From Octopus bimaculoides (lineage: Eukaryota), in contig NC_068997.1 of the NCBI RefSeq assembly GCF_001194135.2, positions 11,487,231 through 11,551,230 of the forward strand: DNA of 64,000 nt, given 5' to 3'. Under the pieces are notes generated by a model, which was given only the letters and a program-made list of their open reading frames with translations, ran no database searches and had not been told where the DNA came from. Positions 52,820 through 64,000 of this stretch are shown here, piece after piece. Numbering within the stretch: position 1 is the first letter of the stretch; each line of letters begins with the position of its first letter. The position numbers were made by a program, and so were the translations under genes.

Positions 52820-53560
52820 TTCGAGGGAAGGATTAGACAAAACAGAGGAAGGAGTCTAGTTGTTCGCGGGAAATTGAGGACGCACGATACAGTCTTCAAT
52901 ATAACGACCGTATAGTTCGAAAGTGCGACCAGTGAATCGTGAGAATATTTGGGCCTCAACGTAGCCGACGAATAGGTTCTCACAGTTGGGGCCCATTCCA
53001 TTTCCCATGGTCGCTCCAGAGAACTCTTGGTAAAAATCACCTGAGAAGCAGCTGACTGAGAGAAGAAGTTCGGCCAGACGATGAAGCGTGGAGGTGTCAG
53101 GTTGGGGTTTGGTTCAAAAGTCTAGGAAGTGTTTGAATGCAAGAAGGCCTTCCTTGTGTGCGATCACAATATATAGTCTCTTGATATCAATCGTGAAGAG
53201 AAGTTTAGAGGGGCCAGGAAGGAAAGAGAAAGAGTTGAAGAGACGGCGAGCATGATTAGTGTCGTGGGTGTGTGAGGTCTTATGATGTTGTCTTTGCGGC
53301 GTCGGATACATCGAAGGGCCAAGAAGTCGGCTGGAGAGCTGTTAAAATGTCGGAGACGCCTGCAAATTTTAAACCGGTATTCACATGTTGGCAGATGCTT
53401 CCAAAATGATCGACTGCTCGGAACTGGCCAGGAGCTGGCGTCCAGTGGGATGGTCGGCGGCCCAGGTCGATGAAGCAACCCTCTTTATTAAATGCAGGTG
53501 GAGTGTTGTGAAATAGTGCATATAGCCTGTCGCGGTGCACGAATCGAATGATGTTCGTTT
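52820..53560 (-). mobile_element. Penelope-like element reverse transcriptase remnant
   Basis: Minus strand: RPSHWTPAPGQFRAVDHF; ALRCIRRRKDNIIRP; then HDTNHARRLFNSF...LLFTIDIKRLY...EGLLAFKHFL...GATMGNGMGPNCENLFVGYVE...YGRYIEDC. These are the PLE RT motifs (DVxSLY, GxxMGxxxGPxxANLF, YxRYIDD). One stop, frameshifts and an internal deletion. Confidence 0.88.
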
Positions 53561-55146
53561 ATTTCTTCGTTATTACATTAATAGGTTTATGCGCGCGCGC
53601 GCGCGCGTGTGTGTGTGCGTGTGTGTGTGTGTGTTGGCAAAGTCCCATATAGACTCTGGCTAAATCTACCAACAAGGAAAGATGAAAATCAAAAGCTTAC
53701 GATAATAAAATTATATAAAAAAAAATGTGTTACTCGTGCATAACTAGATATGTAATGTTTTCTCATATGTGAATGCATGACCGTATGAGTGTATCCGTGT
53801 ATGCAATATGAAACAGGCTTCTAAATTATCATTTGATTTGTGTTATGTAAATATGACAATATGTAATCATGTTATAATCAAATTTATAATTATTAATCTT
53901 CAATGAAAGAGAAACGTATCTCTCTATTTCACGAATTTACTACCAAAAGTAACTTTGTAAAAAGTTTTACGCCCACATTTCCAACAAGGTGACAAAACTA
54001 GATGTTTCAGATATAATGTAAAATCGAGACTTCAATTGCAACTGATCGATTTGTTTCCTTTTTATTGGGTTTTTACATTGAAAAATCGATTTGACAATAA
54101 CATATCTTCTCTTAAATCTCAAAATATAAACTATTAATGTATATCTGTGTATAAATATTTTAATATGGCTGAATTGTGACGTTCATAATTTATTATGTTT
54201 AGCTCAAATTTGAACATGGCGGGAGTTTATGGACAACGAACGATGACATTGATGCAGCAATATAATCAACGATTAAATAATTGATTATTTATGCCTTGTT
54301 GATTTAAACAGATCATCGGATATATACGGATCAACAACTATGACAAAACTGTTAATTATATGAAGTATTTGGGAAACTTATACCAGCACGTCTATAGAAT
54401 ATATTGCACTGATCCAACGGTGGTCAAACATTTCGATGAGACACAGAAAGAGACTAGGCCAGGAAGTAGTACCCTGAGTTAACATATGTATGATTCAATC
54501 TTTATAGAAATGTACGCATTAATGTTACAGTTATAAAAGAAGTATTTATATATTTAGTCAAGAGAATGATTTAAAATATATAGTTATTTGTATGAAATGA
54601 CGTATAATTAAAAACTACCATATTTAAAGTATAAATACAATCCGCTGAATTTCATACCTGAATGCATAAGATTTGAAACAGAAAAAATTATGAAGTATAC
54701 AGATGAGAAAGCTGGGCCCATTATCAGGTCTTGACATTTTATAGTTTGAATGATGTATGTTACGTCAAAATATACAAATGTTATTGGAATGTGGTTGAAT
54801 ATATCGTTTTATTATACAGTCATTGGATCTATTGAGCCTTCGAAATATCAAAGTGATGAGCACGGTTTTTCTTGTCTTTAACACCGACATCCCTCTACCG
54901 GTCACTCAAGGGTTAGCATGTTGACTAATGTCGCTCGGTGGTTTGGGGAATAGTACTTTTTTGAATATTTTTCTTGTTTCTTCCTTCTCAAATGTCTCAT
55001 CGTCTTTCTTCTACTGTTTCCACTATACATCCTATCAGAAACTGGACGGTGTTCCAAGTGGTTTGACAACTATTTCCATTTATCGGTGCGTCAATATGAT
55101 AAATTTGTTTGAGATCTTATCCTATCTTGTTGTTTCTGTACTCATG

Positions 55147-55216
<70 letters not shown>

Positions 55217-56395
55217 NNNNNNNNNNNNNNNNNNNNNNNNNNNNNNNNNNNNNNNNNNNNNNNNNNNNNNNNNNNNNNNNNNNNNNNNNNNNNNNNNNNN
55301 NNNNNNNNNNNNNNNNNNNNNNNNNNNNNNNNNNNNNNNNNNNNNNNNNNNNNNNNNNNNNNNNNNNNNNNNNNNNNNNNNNNNNNNNNNNNNNNNNNAT
55401 ATATATATATATATATATATAACCGTATGTTTGTGTGATAAAGTAAATATATTTGTACTCCATCAATTTGTAACATAGAAGAGAAAGTAGAAGTTATGTT
55501 ACCACCTCTCCCCATACACTTGAAGCATAATGTTGTTGAATTGATTTAATCTACATATTAATTATTCTGATTCAGAATATTGGCATAGATTAAACTAAAA
55601 CGAAATGTTTGAGAAGAGGTTATCTGATTAATGTAAGGACCCACACGGCCGCTCAACACAAGCGTAGACCAAAATATGCGCGCACACAATTGAATATACA
55701 CAACATTTCACGTACTCATACAGAAAACAAACAGAGATAAGATAAAGGATTAATATATTCTAATAATAATCGAAACCAATTAATAGGTTTTGTGCATCAT
55801 ACTTAAAGTTAGTCCATTTTTTTCTGCATCGTATTTAAAGTTAGCCCATCGTGTATGGTATAGGAACACTGCGGATGAAGCAATAATTTTATCACTTTCA
55901 AATATATCGCTCCTCAAGTGGACCGGAGAGGAATAAATAGTCGTCTAACTATTTAGTTAATTCATTTATTATATCTTCACAGTCTTCCTCACCATCAATA
56001 TCAACGTTCTTGTCGTCATCCTTCTCCTGATCATCATTATTATAATCATGATCATCATCATTATATCCTTCCCTTACACTCGCACCACGGCCATGATCAT
56101 ATTAATCGCAGTCATTATTGAACATTAGCAATTAATATTACGATCAATATTATCTTTTTTTCCTCTGCTACCGATCCAACATTACCAATACAATCGTTTT
56201 AATCTATATCACCAGCATCTCTTTATACAGTATTTTAATATGTAGCAGAACTATTATGAGAGACATATGAGTAAATTCTCGAGATGCTGTCTCATTTATT
56301 TGAAGCGGTAATATAAAGTTGTATTAGACGTGTTTTGCTCACAAACACGAGAGCATAAGTTCGAGTTCTGAATTGAGTGGAACTTTATCTCAATT

Positions 56396-56777
56396 GTTGT
56401 TGGCACTCCGTCGCTTACGACGTCGAGGGTTCCAGTTGATCCGATCAACGGAACAGCCTGCTCGAGAGATTAACGTGCAAGTGGCTGAACACTCCACAGC
56501 CACATGTACCCTTAATGTAGTTCTCGGAGATATTCAGCGTGACACAGTGTGACAAGGCTGACACTTTGAATTACAGGCACAACAGAAACAGGGAGTAAGA
56601 GTGAGAGAAAGCTGTGGTGGAAGAGTACAGCAGGGTTCGCCACCATCCCCTGCCGGAGCCTCGTGGAACTTTAGGTGTATTCGCTCAATAAACACTCACA
56701 ACGCCCGGTTTGGGAATTGAAACCGCGATCCTATGACCGCGAGTCCGCTACCCTAACTAATAGGTCATTGCGCCTCC
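56396..56777 (-). mobile_element. SINE family A, full length, 11-bp TSD, short (CAA)n tail
   Basis: ttatctcaatt at 56385-56395 and at 56778-56788. tRNA-like head at 56777; 3' end ...gtcgtaagcgacggagtgccaacaac. Confidence 0.92.
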
Positions 56778-56899
56778 TTATCTCAATTACAAAACCACTT
56801 TATTTCATGTTGCTCCGTTCTACTAAACCTAACATTTGCACCAGATTGGCAGGAAGGTATATAGCGTGTGATCGTCGCATTGACAATGACAGGGAAAGT

Positions 56900-57490
56900 T
56901 TTCATGGTAATACCTGCTCAGAGGCATCATGCAGAAAGTGTAGACAGAGGTTTGTATGAGCTGCACACAACTGTACAAGTGGTTCAGACGTTTCCAAGGG
57001 TGTCGCAATATTCACGAGCGTTCTGAGAGACTCGCAACCAGCGGAACTGAGAAGATCATCGCAGCTGTGCATGCAGCCGTAAGGGGAAATCATGAGTTAT
57101 CAAAGGATGTGCAGATCAGTTACGGTTCAGTTCAGTCCATTATCACTGAAGTTGTGGGCATGAGACACGTGTCTACAACCTGCTTTCAGATGACCATAAA
57201 TAAATTCGGATTTCCGTTGCAAAAGATCTCATTGATTGTATTGAGAACGATGAGAACTTTCTGAAAACTTCGCCTGGTCCTCTGAACAAGTATCACCAAG
57301 CTTTTCACAAAGTTTGTGGCAGATTCGCCGCTCAACTTTCTCATGTTCAAAGCGACGATCACGGGCTACGCACCTTCCAAGCACTGCTGTAAACTACAGA
57401 AGTGAGCTAGAACCTTTAAACTTAGTGCGTATGCACAAAAGACTTCATTACTATTGCAAAAGTCCGGATACTTATTGATCAGATTACATA
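56900..57490 (+). mobile_element. Internally deleted mariner (N-terminal DNA-binding part plus probable right end)
   Basis: MSCTQLYKWFRRFQ...RSERLATSGTE...ELSKDVQISYGSVQSIITEVVGMRHVS, then DLIDCIENDENFLKT. The putative TIR agtccggatacttattgatcaga (57461-57483) is an inference. Confidence 0.75.
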
Positions 57491-57571
57491 TATATACACG
57501 CACTTCTTTATATATACATACAAACATAATTTTATACATATATGTACACACACACACACAAACATATACAT

Positions 57572-57670
<99 letters not shown>

Positions 57671-58387
57671 TGTTTCTTTATTAGCCACACAGGGCTCAAC
57701 ATAGAGGGGACAAAATACAAATGTAGAGTTTTTCTTTTCGAGGGGGGCGAAAACAAAGCAGAAAAAAAACAAAAGTGGGGACAACCATGAAAAAAAACAT
57801 CGCAAAACGTTTGGGGTATTTACAAAAAATACGAAATAATACAGAACATTCCCNNNNNNNNNNNNNNNNNNNNNNNNNNNNNNNNNNNNNNNNNNNNNNN
57901 NNNNNNNNNNNNNNNNNNNNNNNNNNNNNNNNNNNNNNNNNNNNNNNNNNNNNNNNNNNNNNNNNNNNNNNNNNNNNNNNNNNNNNNNNNNNNNNNNNNN
58001 NNNNNNNNAAAGTATTTGTCTCTAATCCTTTCAGACGCGTCTACCAGATGCATTCTTTGGCCATAGCCACAAGTACGATAAATACAGCTCTTCCTTCCCG
58101 TTTAAAGGAAGGAGGCGTGACGATATTGACGATAGACTCGGTTGATAAACCGACTCGTCCCACACGCGACAGCAGTCGTTCGACATAAGCTCACAGCTCC
58201 GAAATGGTTGGATACTGCACGAGTGCGTGCAGAACGGTCGTCCTGAACAGGCGGGTCAGGTATTCCTCGTCGACGCCCAGGTTCGCCCCGAGATCGTCGT
58301 CGTACCTGCCCTCCACTAATCTCCTATAGAATGACTTCGTTGTGATGCAGCCGCTCAAGGTCGACCCGGGACGGCAAAGTTGTTGCA
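57671..58387 (-). mobile_element. 5'-truncated L1/Tx1-like non-LTR retrotransposon (ORF2 C-terminus plus 3' UTR) inside a (GATA)n array
   Basis: 58388 to 58010 reads TTKSFYRRLVEGRYDDDLG...TTVLHALVQYPTISEL*AYVERLL...LVAMAKECIW*TRLKG. This includes HxxxxC/P-x4-LW and AKxxIWxxR motifs, and both stops sit at W positions. The T-rich 3' UTR ends AATAAAGAAACA. An N-gap (57854-58008) separates the two parts. Confidence 0.72.
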
Positions 58388-58424
58388 TAGATAGACAGAC
58401 AGACAGATAGATAGATATATATAT

Positions 58425-58481
<57 letters not shown>

Positions 58482-59037
58482 GACAGAGGCAGAAAGTGAG
58501 AGATTTGTAAGATTATGTTTGTACTTCCTTGAGTAAGAGCATGTCTGTATTACTTAATACACCCCTCAGAGTATGCAATTTTAGCCATTTAATTACAATA
58601 TCAGCAATCATATTTCTTAGTTTTTATTTCCTCCCGCCGGCTTTGATATTAATCGATGCATTGATTGTCTTACAAAGGTGTGTTACGACGTATCAAATAT
58701 TGCATTACACTTCTCTTCAACTATAGATTGTATCTATATCCACCTTCTCTTCCTGTGAGAAGCAAATCATTAATATCATTATAACAGAAATCTATAGACA
58801 ATATATTAGAGTCTTGTTTACACGACTAATCTAGTTTCAGCTTGTTCATATTTCTTTCGCTTTCATATTATGTTCAGAACAATTTCGTTTATCTCTTAGG
58901 CTTTGCTAATTTAAATACTATATATATATACACACATTTATGTGTGTGTATATGCATACACGCACAGGCACACACGCACATACACGTATATATACGTATA
59001 TATATGTATATATATATATGTATATGTACAAATGTGT

Positions 59038-59184
59038 AGTTTGGCAATTAAATTATAATGTTGCAAGAATCTCATATTTATATTAATGAAATTTCACAGC
59101 AAATCAAAATCTATTATTTACAAAAGTATATATTTGACAGTCGGTTTTATAAATATGTATTTTATAAATACATATATATATATA

Positions 59185-59237
<53 letters not shown>

Positions 59238-59289
59238 NNNNNNNNNNNNNNNNNNNNNNNNNNNNNNNNNNNNNNNNNNNNNNNNNNNN

Positions 59290-59326
<37 letters not shown>

Positions 59327-59704
59327 TTCAAGGTTGAATATGGTACTTATGCGTAGGCACCCGAATATCGTATCCCTGATAGACTCGGCTATGTCAAGAT
59401 GGATTTATGTATTCTACCTCACGCTTGGATTTTTATGTATTCTCTCTCCCACTTGGATTTGAAATGTTGCCACATTTATAATATGTCTTTTCTACTGTAA
59501 TTTTCTGCATTTTCGTGCAGCTGAAGATTGCTCTTCATATTGCATTTAATGTAATGCTCGCATTACTTAAATAAATTGGAGTAGCATGAAACGTGCGTAC
59601 TGCAATCACCTTTGAAAATCCATGTTGCTTATTTTTTTATATATATATAAAAAAATAAGCAACATGGATTTTCAAAGGTGATTGCAGTACGCACNNNNNN
59701 NNNN

Positions 59705-59736
<32 letters not shown>

Positions 59737-59866
59737 GACACACACACACTGATTCATAAAACCGACTGTTAAGTATTCTTTTGTAAAGAATAGATTTTGA
59801 TTTGCTGTGAAATTTCATTAATATAAATATGAGATTCTTGCAACATTATAATTTAATTGCCAAACT
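59038..59866. repeat. 78-bp perfect inverted repeat pair (59038-59115 / 59789-59866) with a diverged inward extension of about 35 bp
   Basis: Base-by-base reverse-complement identity. Confidence 0.9.
59593..59694. repeat. 102-bp perfect palindrome abutting a gap
   Basis: gtgcgtactgcaatcacc...ttttttt-atatatatat-aaaaaaa...ggtgattgcagtacgcac, then N. Confidence 0.9.
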
Positions 59867-60213
59867 TTCCTAAAATTCAGTTACCAGAGTGTTTAATTCG
59901 AAAATTTAAACATATTGCCTCAAAATGCAAGTGTTTACCTTCTCGGTTTCTCTGTCTGTCGCTGGCTCTCTCCTTCCCTTTTTCTCTCTCTCTCTCATTC
60001 TCCCTCTTGCTTCTCTGTTCGTCCCCAAATGTTTATGAAGATAACACTAATCACCACAACCCTACGCGCACTTGTAGGATGATAATCCTATAATCCTAGA
60101 ACCTAGAAAATTAGGGAGCAACCTAAATTCTAAATGATGTTATGTTTTTTTTTTTCTATCGTAGTTACACATACGTTTCTTGTGAAGATAGAATACATAT
60201 CTTCGAAAATGTT

Positions 60214-60711
60214 TCATAAATTCTCGTCATCGAATATGCTGAAGAAACCGTCAGATTGAGGAGTGTACTCTTGACATTCATTATAATAATGATTATGGTG
60301 CTGTCTGAAGTCGGTTGTTGATGCTGATGGTGTTTGTGGTAATAACGAAGATGATGACGATGATGATAATGACGATGATGATGACGACGACGTCAACGTC
60401 GATGATGATACAGCTGCTGTTGCTTCCGTTACTGCTGCTGTTGCTTCCGCTGCTGCTGCTGCTGCGGCGATGTATATGCTATTGGCGATGGCTGTGGGAG
60501 CGATGATGTAGATTATCATGATTGTCGTCATCATACCGCTTGTGTTGGTAGTGATGAAGTTATGAACACGATGATGATGGTGGTGAGAGTGGTGATGATG
60601 ATGATGATGAGGAGGAGGAGGAGGAGAGGGAGGGGAGTATGTGGAGAAAGAGAAGCAGTATTTTTGGAGATGTCGCTTGTGGTGGTCTCTGTAGAGGTGG
60701 GGAATTTTCAC
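60214..60711 (-). other. 165-codon low-complexity ORF (poly-P/H/A/S); possible exon
   Basis: Open frame from the ORF track. Built largely of trinucleotide repeats; no recognisable domain. Confidence 0.2.
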
Positions 60712-63700
60712 TCTTTATAATATGCCTATACTTATTCGATCAAATTTGTCATTGTTGAGAAACAAAATATATTCATGAATATAAGACTTTCAGTAAAAAT
60801 TTCTAAATCAATCATATTCTAAACAACTGTCTGAGCAGAAATTTTCATAAGTTTGACAACTTTACAGGCGAAAATATGATAATAACCATTATCTGGTTTG
60901 AATGCCGCTGTCATTACGAAACATTCGCCCCTTGAAATTATGACAAATTACAAAGTTTCATTCACCACGTATAAGCAGTTTTAGACGCATTACTTTTATA
61001 AAACTTGTTGATGTATGAATGCTTGGAAAACTCTGTATAGCTATGGCGTTAGTATAGAAATATTCCAACTCTAAATTTTATGATTTGTCATTTAAATATA
61101 CATACATGATTTGCACTATAATAGATAAAGTAAGTTTCACTATTGAGATATATTAATAAAGTTAAATGCTTAAATTCAGTTAACATTGCTATGTCTGTTA
61201 TTTTGCTCCATGTAAGCTCTGACATGGAGACCTGATGGAAAACATTCCATTTTTGATCATTTTCTTTTAGATTTCTTTCAGTAAGCAAAGCGTATTTAAG
61301 ACTACACTGTACAGCATCCTTTTCCTTATATAAACTAACGTGTCTGCTTTGTAAGTTTTTTGGTTGCTATTTCTAGCATTATATTCCCTGTAATTATAAT
61401 GAATATGGCGAATGTCTTTTATTGATTATTTTGTATGATATTTTTTCAGTATAAATACAAAAACGTTATTCCTATACTTTCATCATTTATCTTAAAATAT
61501 GTGATATTTATACAGAAAACATAGGTGAATGAACTCGTACAACCTTACATGTCCGCTTAATAAATATGGTATTGTCTCTGGAGGTGGTGTGTCCTCCCTA
61601 AATACTTACATTTTGCATCGTATTGCATATACTGTAATTTAACGCCAAATGGAGAATGTTCGTACCCGGTCAGATTTACTTTTTCGTTAATCCAGCGTTT
61701 CTCTCTGTCGAATATGTCAGTTTTATCAGCGTCAGGGTGTCATTTGCGGCAAGAATGGCTGATCCGATAAGAGTAGAAAGTATCATAACCAATTAGATGT
61801 CCTACCTATGAATGGACTTTCTCGCTCTTGATATTGCCCAAAAATAATATTCCGAAACTCAAACAATTTCTTTCTGACAGAAGAATTTGGTATAATTCAA
61901 ATGTATGAAATAAAACACAACATAATCTCCTGTTTAACAAATAATTTGTGTTCTGTCTATTACCAGGTAGAATTAATGTAATAATTCATTTTCCTGATTT
62001 TCACATAATCATCTATAATTTTCATTCACTAGGTATTTATTCGAAAATTGAAACAAGACAAAGAAGTGAAGCTTTTTCCTAAGCATTAATCAATAATGTT
62101 AAAAGTACATTGTGTTGAACGTAGATAGGAGTGGAACATATTTCTTTTTCCTGCTAAAATCAAACAAATTTTCTCTGAATATTCAGTTAACGTTTATATC
62201 ACCAAGGCACTCAAAATAAGTAATGAATCTACAGCATATAGCAATTCCTAAGAATTCCTCGAGACATCAATATAATAAATCACAACTGTATTTCTAAATC
62301 ATTTCGTTTTGCAACGAAATACATGAAATATAGTTTCAGTAAGTGTTATACTATTTATTACATAATTCCTGAAAGCCTGTTTTTATCATTTCACCATAGA
62401 AATTGCAATAGTTTTGGTGCCCCAGTTTGTTTCTATATATATTTTCTTGTGTTTTACATTTTCTGTACAGTTCTTTCCCACATGTTGGTCAATTTCATAA
62501 ACTAGTGAGTACGTCAATAATCAAATTGTATAAATTTACTGTGGTTTCAAAGGGAATCCTACAAATGCTGTAGAAAACACTTATTGTTATATTCATAAGC
62601 TTTATAAAACGTAGTTCACATAAAGTAGGTATTTCACGGCAAATGATTGTAGCTGGCTACGTCACCTGACAAGTCAAACGCAAAAAACATTTCACATTTA
62701 ATGGCAGGCAATATATTACACTATAAGCAATAAAAGACGTTTATGCGATATAACTGAAGTATATAAACATTGGGAGTAATGTTGATAAATTTTAGTGAAT
62801 ATATGTTTGCATATATATATTAATATACGTGTGTCTGTTGTGCTGTGTTCTTTGTTTGTGTTTGTATATGCTGTGTGCGCAGGTGTGCATATTTTAAACA
62901 AAATATTTTAGTAAAGCGTATTTGATATTTATTTGTTTGAAGAAAAGTGTATAAAATCAAATGCAATGAGTTGTCAACTGATTAAATAAACTTCAGAAAA
63001 CAATTTGTAGCGTTATTAAATAAAATAAGTATTTGACAAGTTATGAGTTAGGACATGTGTGTACATTATCATAAATTAAAAACAGAGGGAAAACCATGAT
63101 ATTGATAAAAAATATATAACAGCTTAACACACGCACACAAACACACACACATATATATGCATGTACATATATAAATAAATAGTAAAGAGCGGATAGGCAC
63201 ACCAAGGACAGGGTGTGGTTTTGGAAAAGCGGTGTATTTGCACATAGATACTGGATGTGTAGGAAGCAATTGTAGGTGTTAGCGGTAATGACGGGCTGCT
63301 GGAAAGTGTGTTACTGTCAATAACATTGTTGTTGAAGACGGGTGTGGTTTATTTAATGTTTTTACCTGTGAGTGAAAAGGCGGTAGAAGTAGATGTGAGA
63401 CGAGAGACGAGGGCATGAGTGGTAATGCGATCATTGAAAGTGGTTAAATGTTACGAGATGACCGCGGATAAATAAACAGATTTATAAAACATTAGCTGGA
63501 ATGAAAACAGAAACGTGTGCATATTCATACATGCAGCAACATACTCTATTGCACTTACACACACAGCCATTACTAAACACGTGCACTTGTGTAGAAAAGT
63601 TATAGATTCTAAGAGGTGGAATCAAGTATACATGAATGTGTGCGTGTTTATATGAGAAGCAGGATGAAGTAAGAGAAAATAGTAGAATGAATATAGTGAA

Positions 63701-63957
63701 AATGTAGGCATTGATAAAGTTTGAATAAATCGAATTGGATCATCAAATGTAAATGGTGTCGAAGAGGGGAATGAAAGAAAAGTAAGTCAGATAGAAAATT
63801 AAAAATAAAACTGCAATTAAAGTAGGGAAGTGGAAGGATGGAAGAAAAAGAAGTTAAGACGAAGACAAAGAGGTATTAAATAGGGAAGAAGGGAAAGGGC
63901 AAACAGTAAAATTGAAAATGAAAAGGAAGTAAAGAAAGCAGAAAAATAAGGAAAACA

Positions 63958-64000
63958 GAAGAAGAAGAAGAAGAAGAAGAAGAAGAAGAAGAAGAAGAAG
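63958..64000. repeat. (GAA)n microsatellite running off the window
   Basis: Direct reading. Confidence 0.95.

Noticed and set aside
53591-53634. (GC)8(GT)n potential Z-DNA
   Set aside because: A real tract, but alternating purine-pyrimidine repeats are ubiquitous here, so it carries no specific signal.
1506-59462. The many long ORFs in the supplied track rich in X, YI, HT, CV, RE or SL
   Set aside because: They are read-through of N-gaps and di-/tetranucleotide microsatellites, not genes.
1-64000. CRISPR arrays, rRNA, conserved miRNAs or prokaryotic operons
   Set aside because: No repeat-spacer arrays, rRNA-like sequence or full mature-miRNA matches were seen; the DNA is eukaryotic.

Overview
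AT-rich, repeat-dense eukaryotic DNA from a draft assembly with about 25 N-gaps, most of them flanked by microsatellites. The repeat families look cephalopod (Octopus-like); this is recognition from memory and was not checked by a search. I find no complete protein-coding gene, tRNA/rRNA gene or CRISPR array. Most long ORFs in the supplied track are artefacts of N-runs and microsatellites. The supportable content is a transposon fossil record: three tRNA-headed SINE families (called A, B and C here), four mariner fragments, one DD37D/maT-type fragment, two Penelope-like fragments (RT and GIY-YIG C-terminus), a piggyBac-type MITE, a foldback MITE and a 5'-truncated L1/Tx1-like LINE. The most interesting signal is a possible SINE/LINE partnership. 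The TSD-bounded 3' end of a SINE-B copy (23513-23556) matches the 3' end of the Tx1-like LINE (57671-57714) at 33/44 nt ungapped. Both form a stem-loop just before AATAAAGAAA, with different sequence but preserved pairing. The LINE sits inside a (GATA)n array, and a second SINE-B copy carries a different tail. Weaker signals are possible decayed C-type-lectin-like exons at 1.5-5.3 kb, several isolated exon candidates, and nested perfect inverted repeats near 59 kb that may be assembly artefacts.
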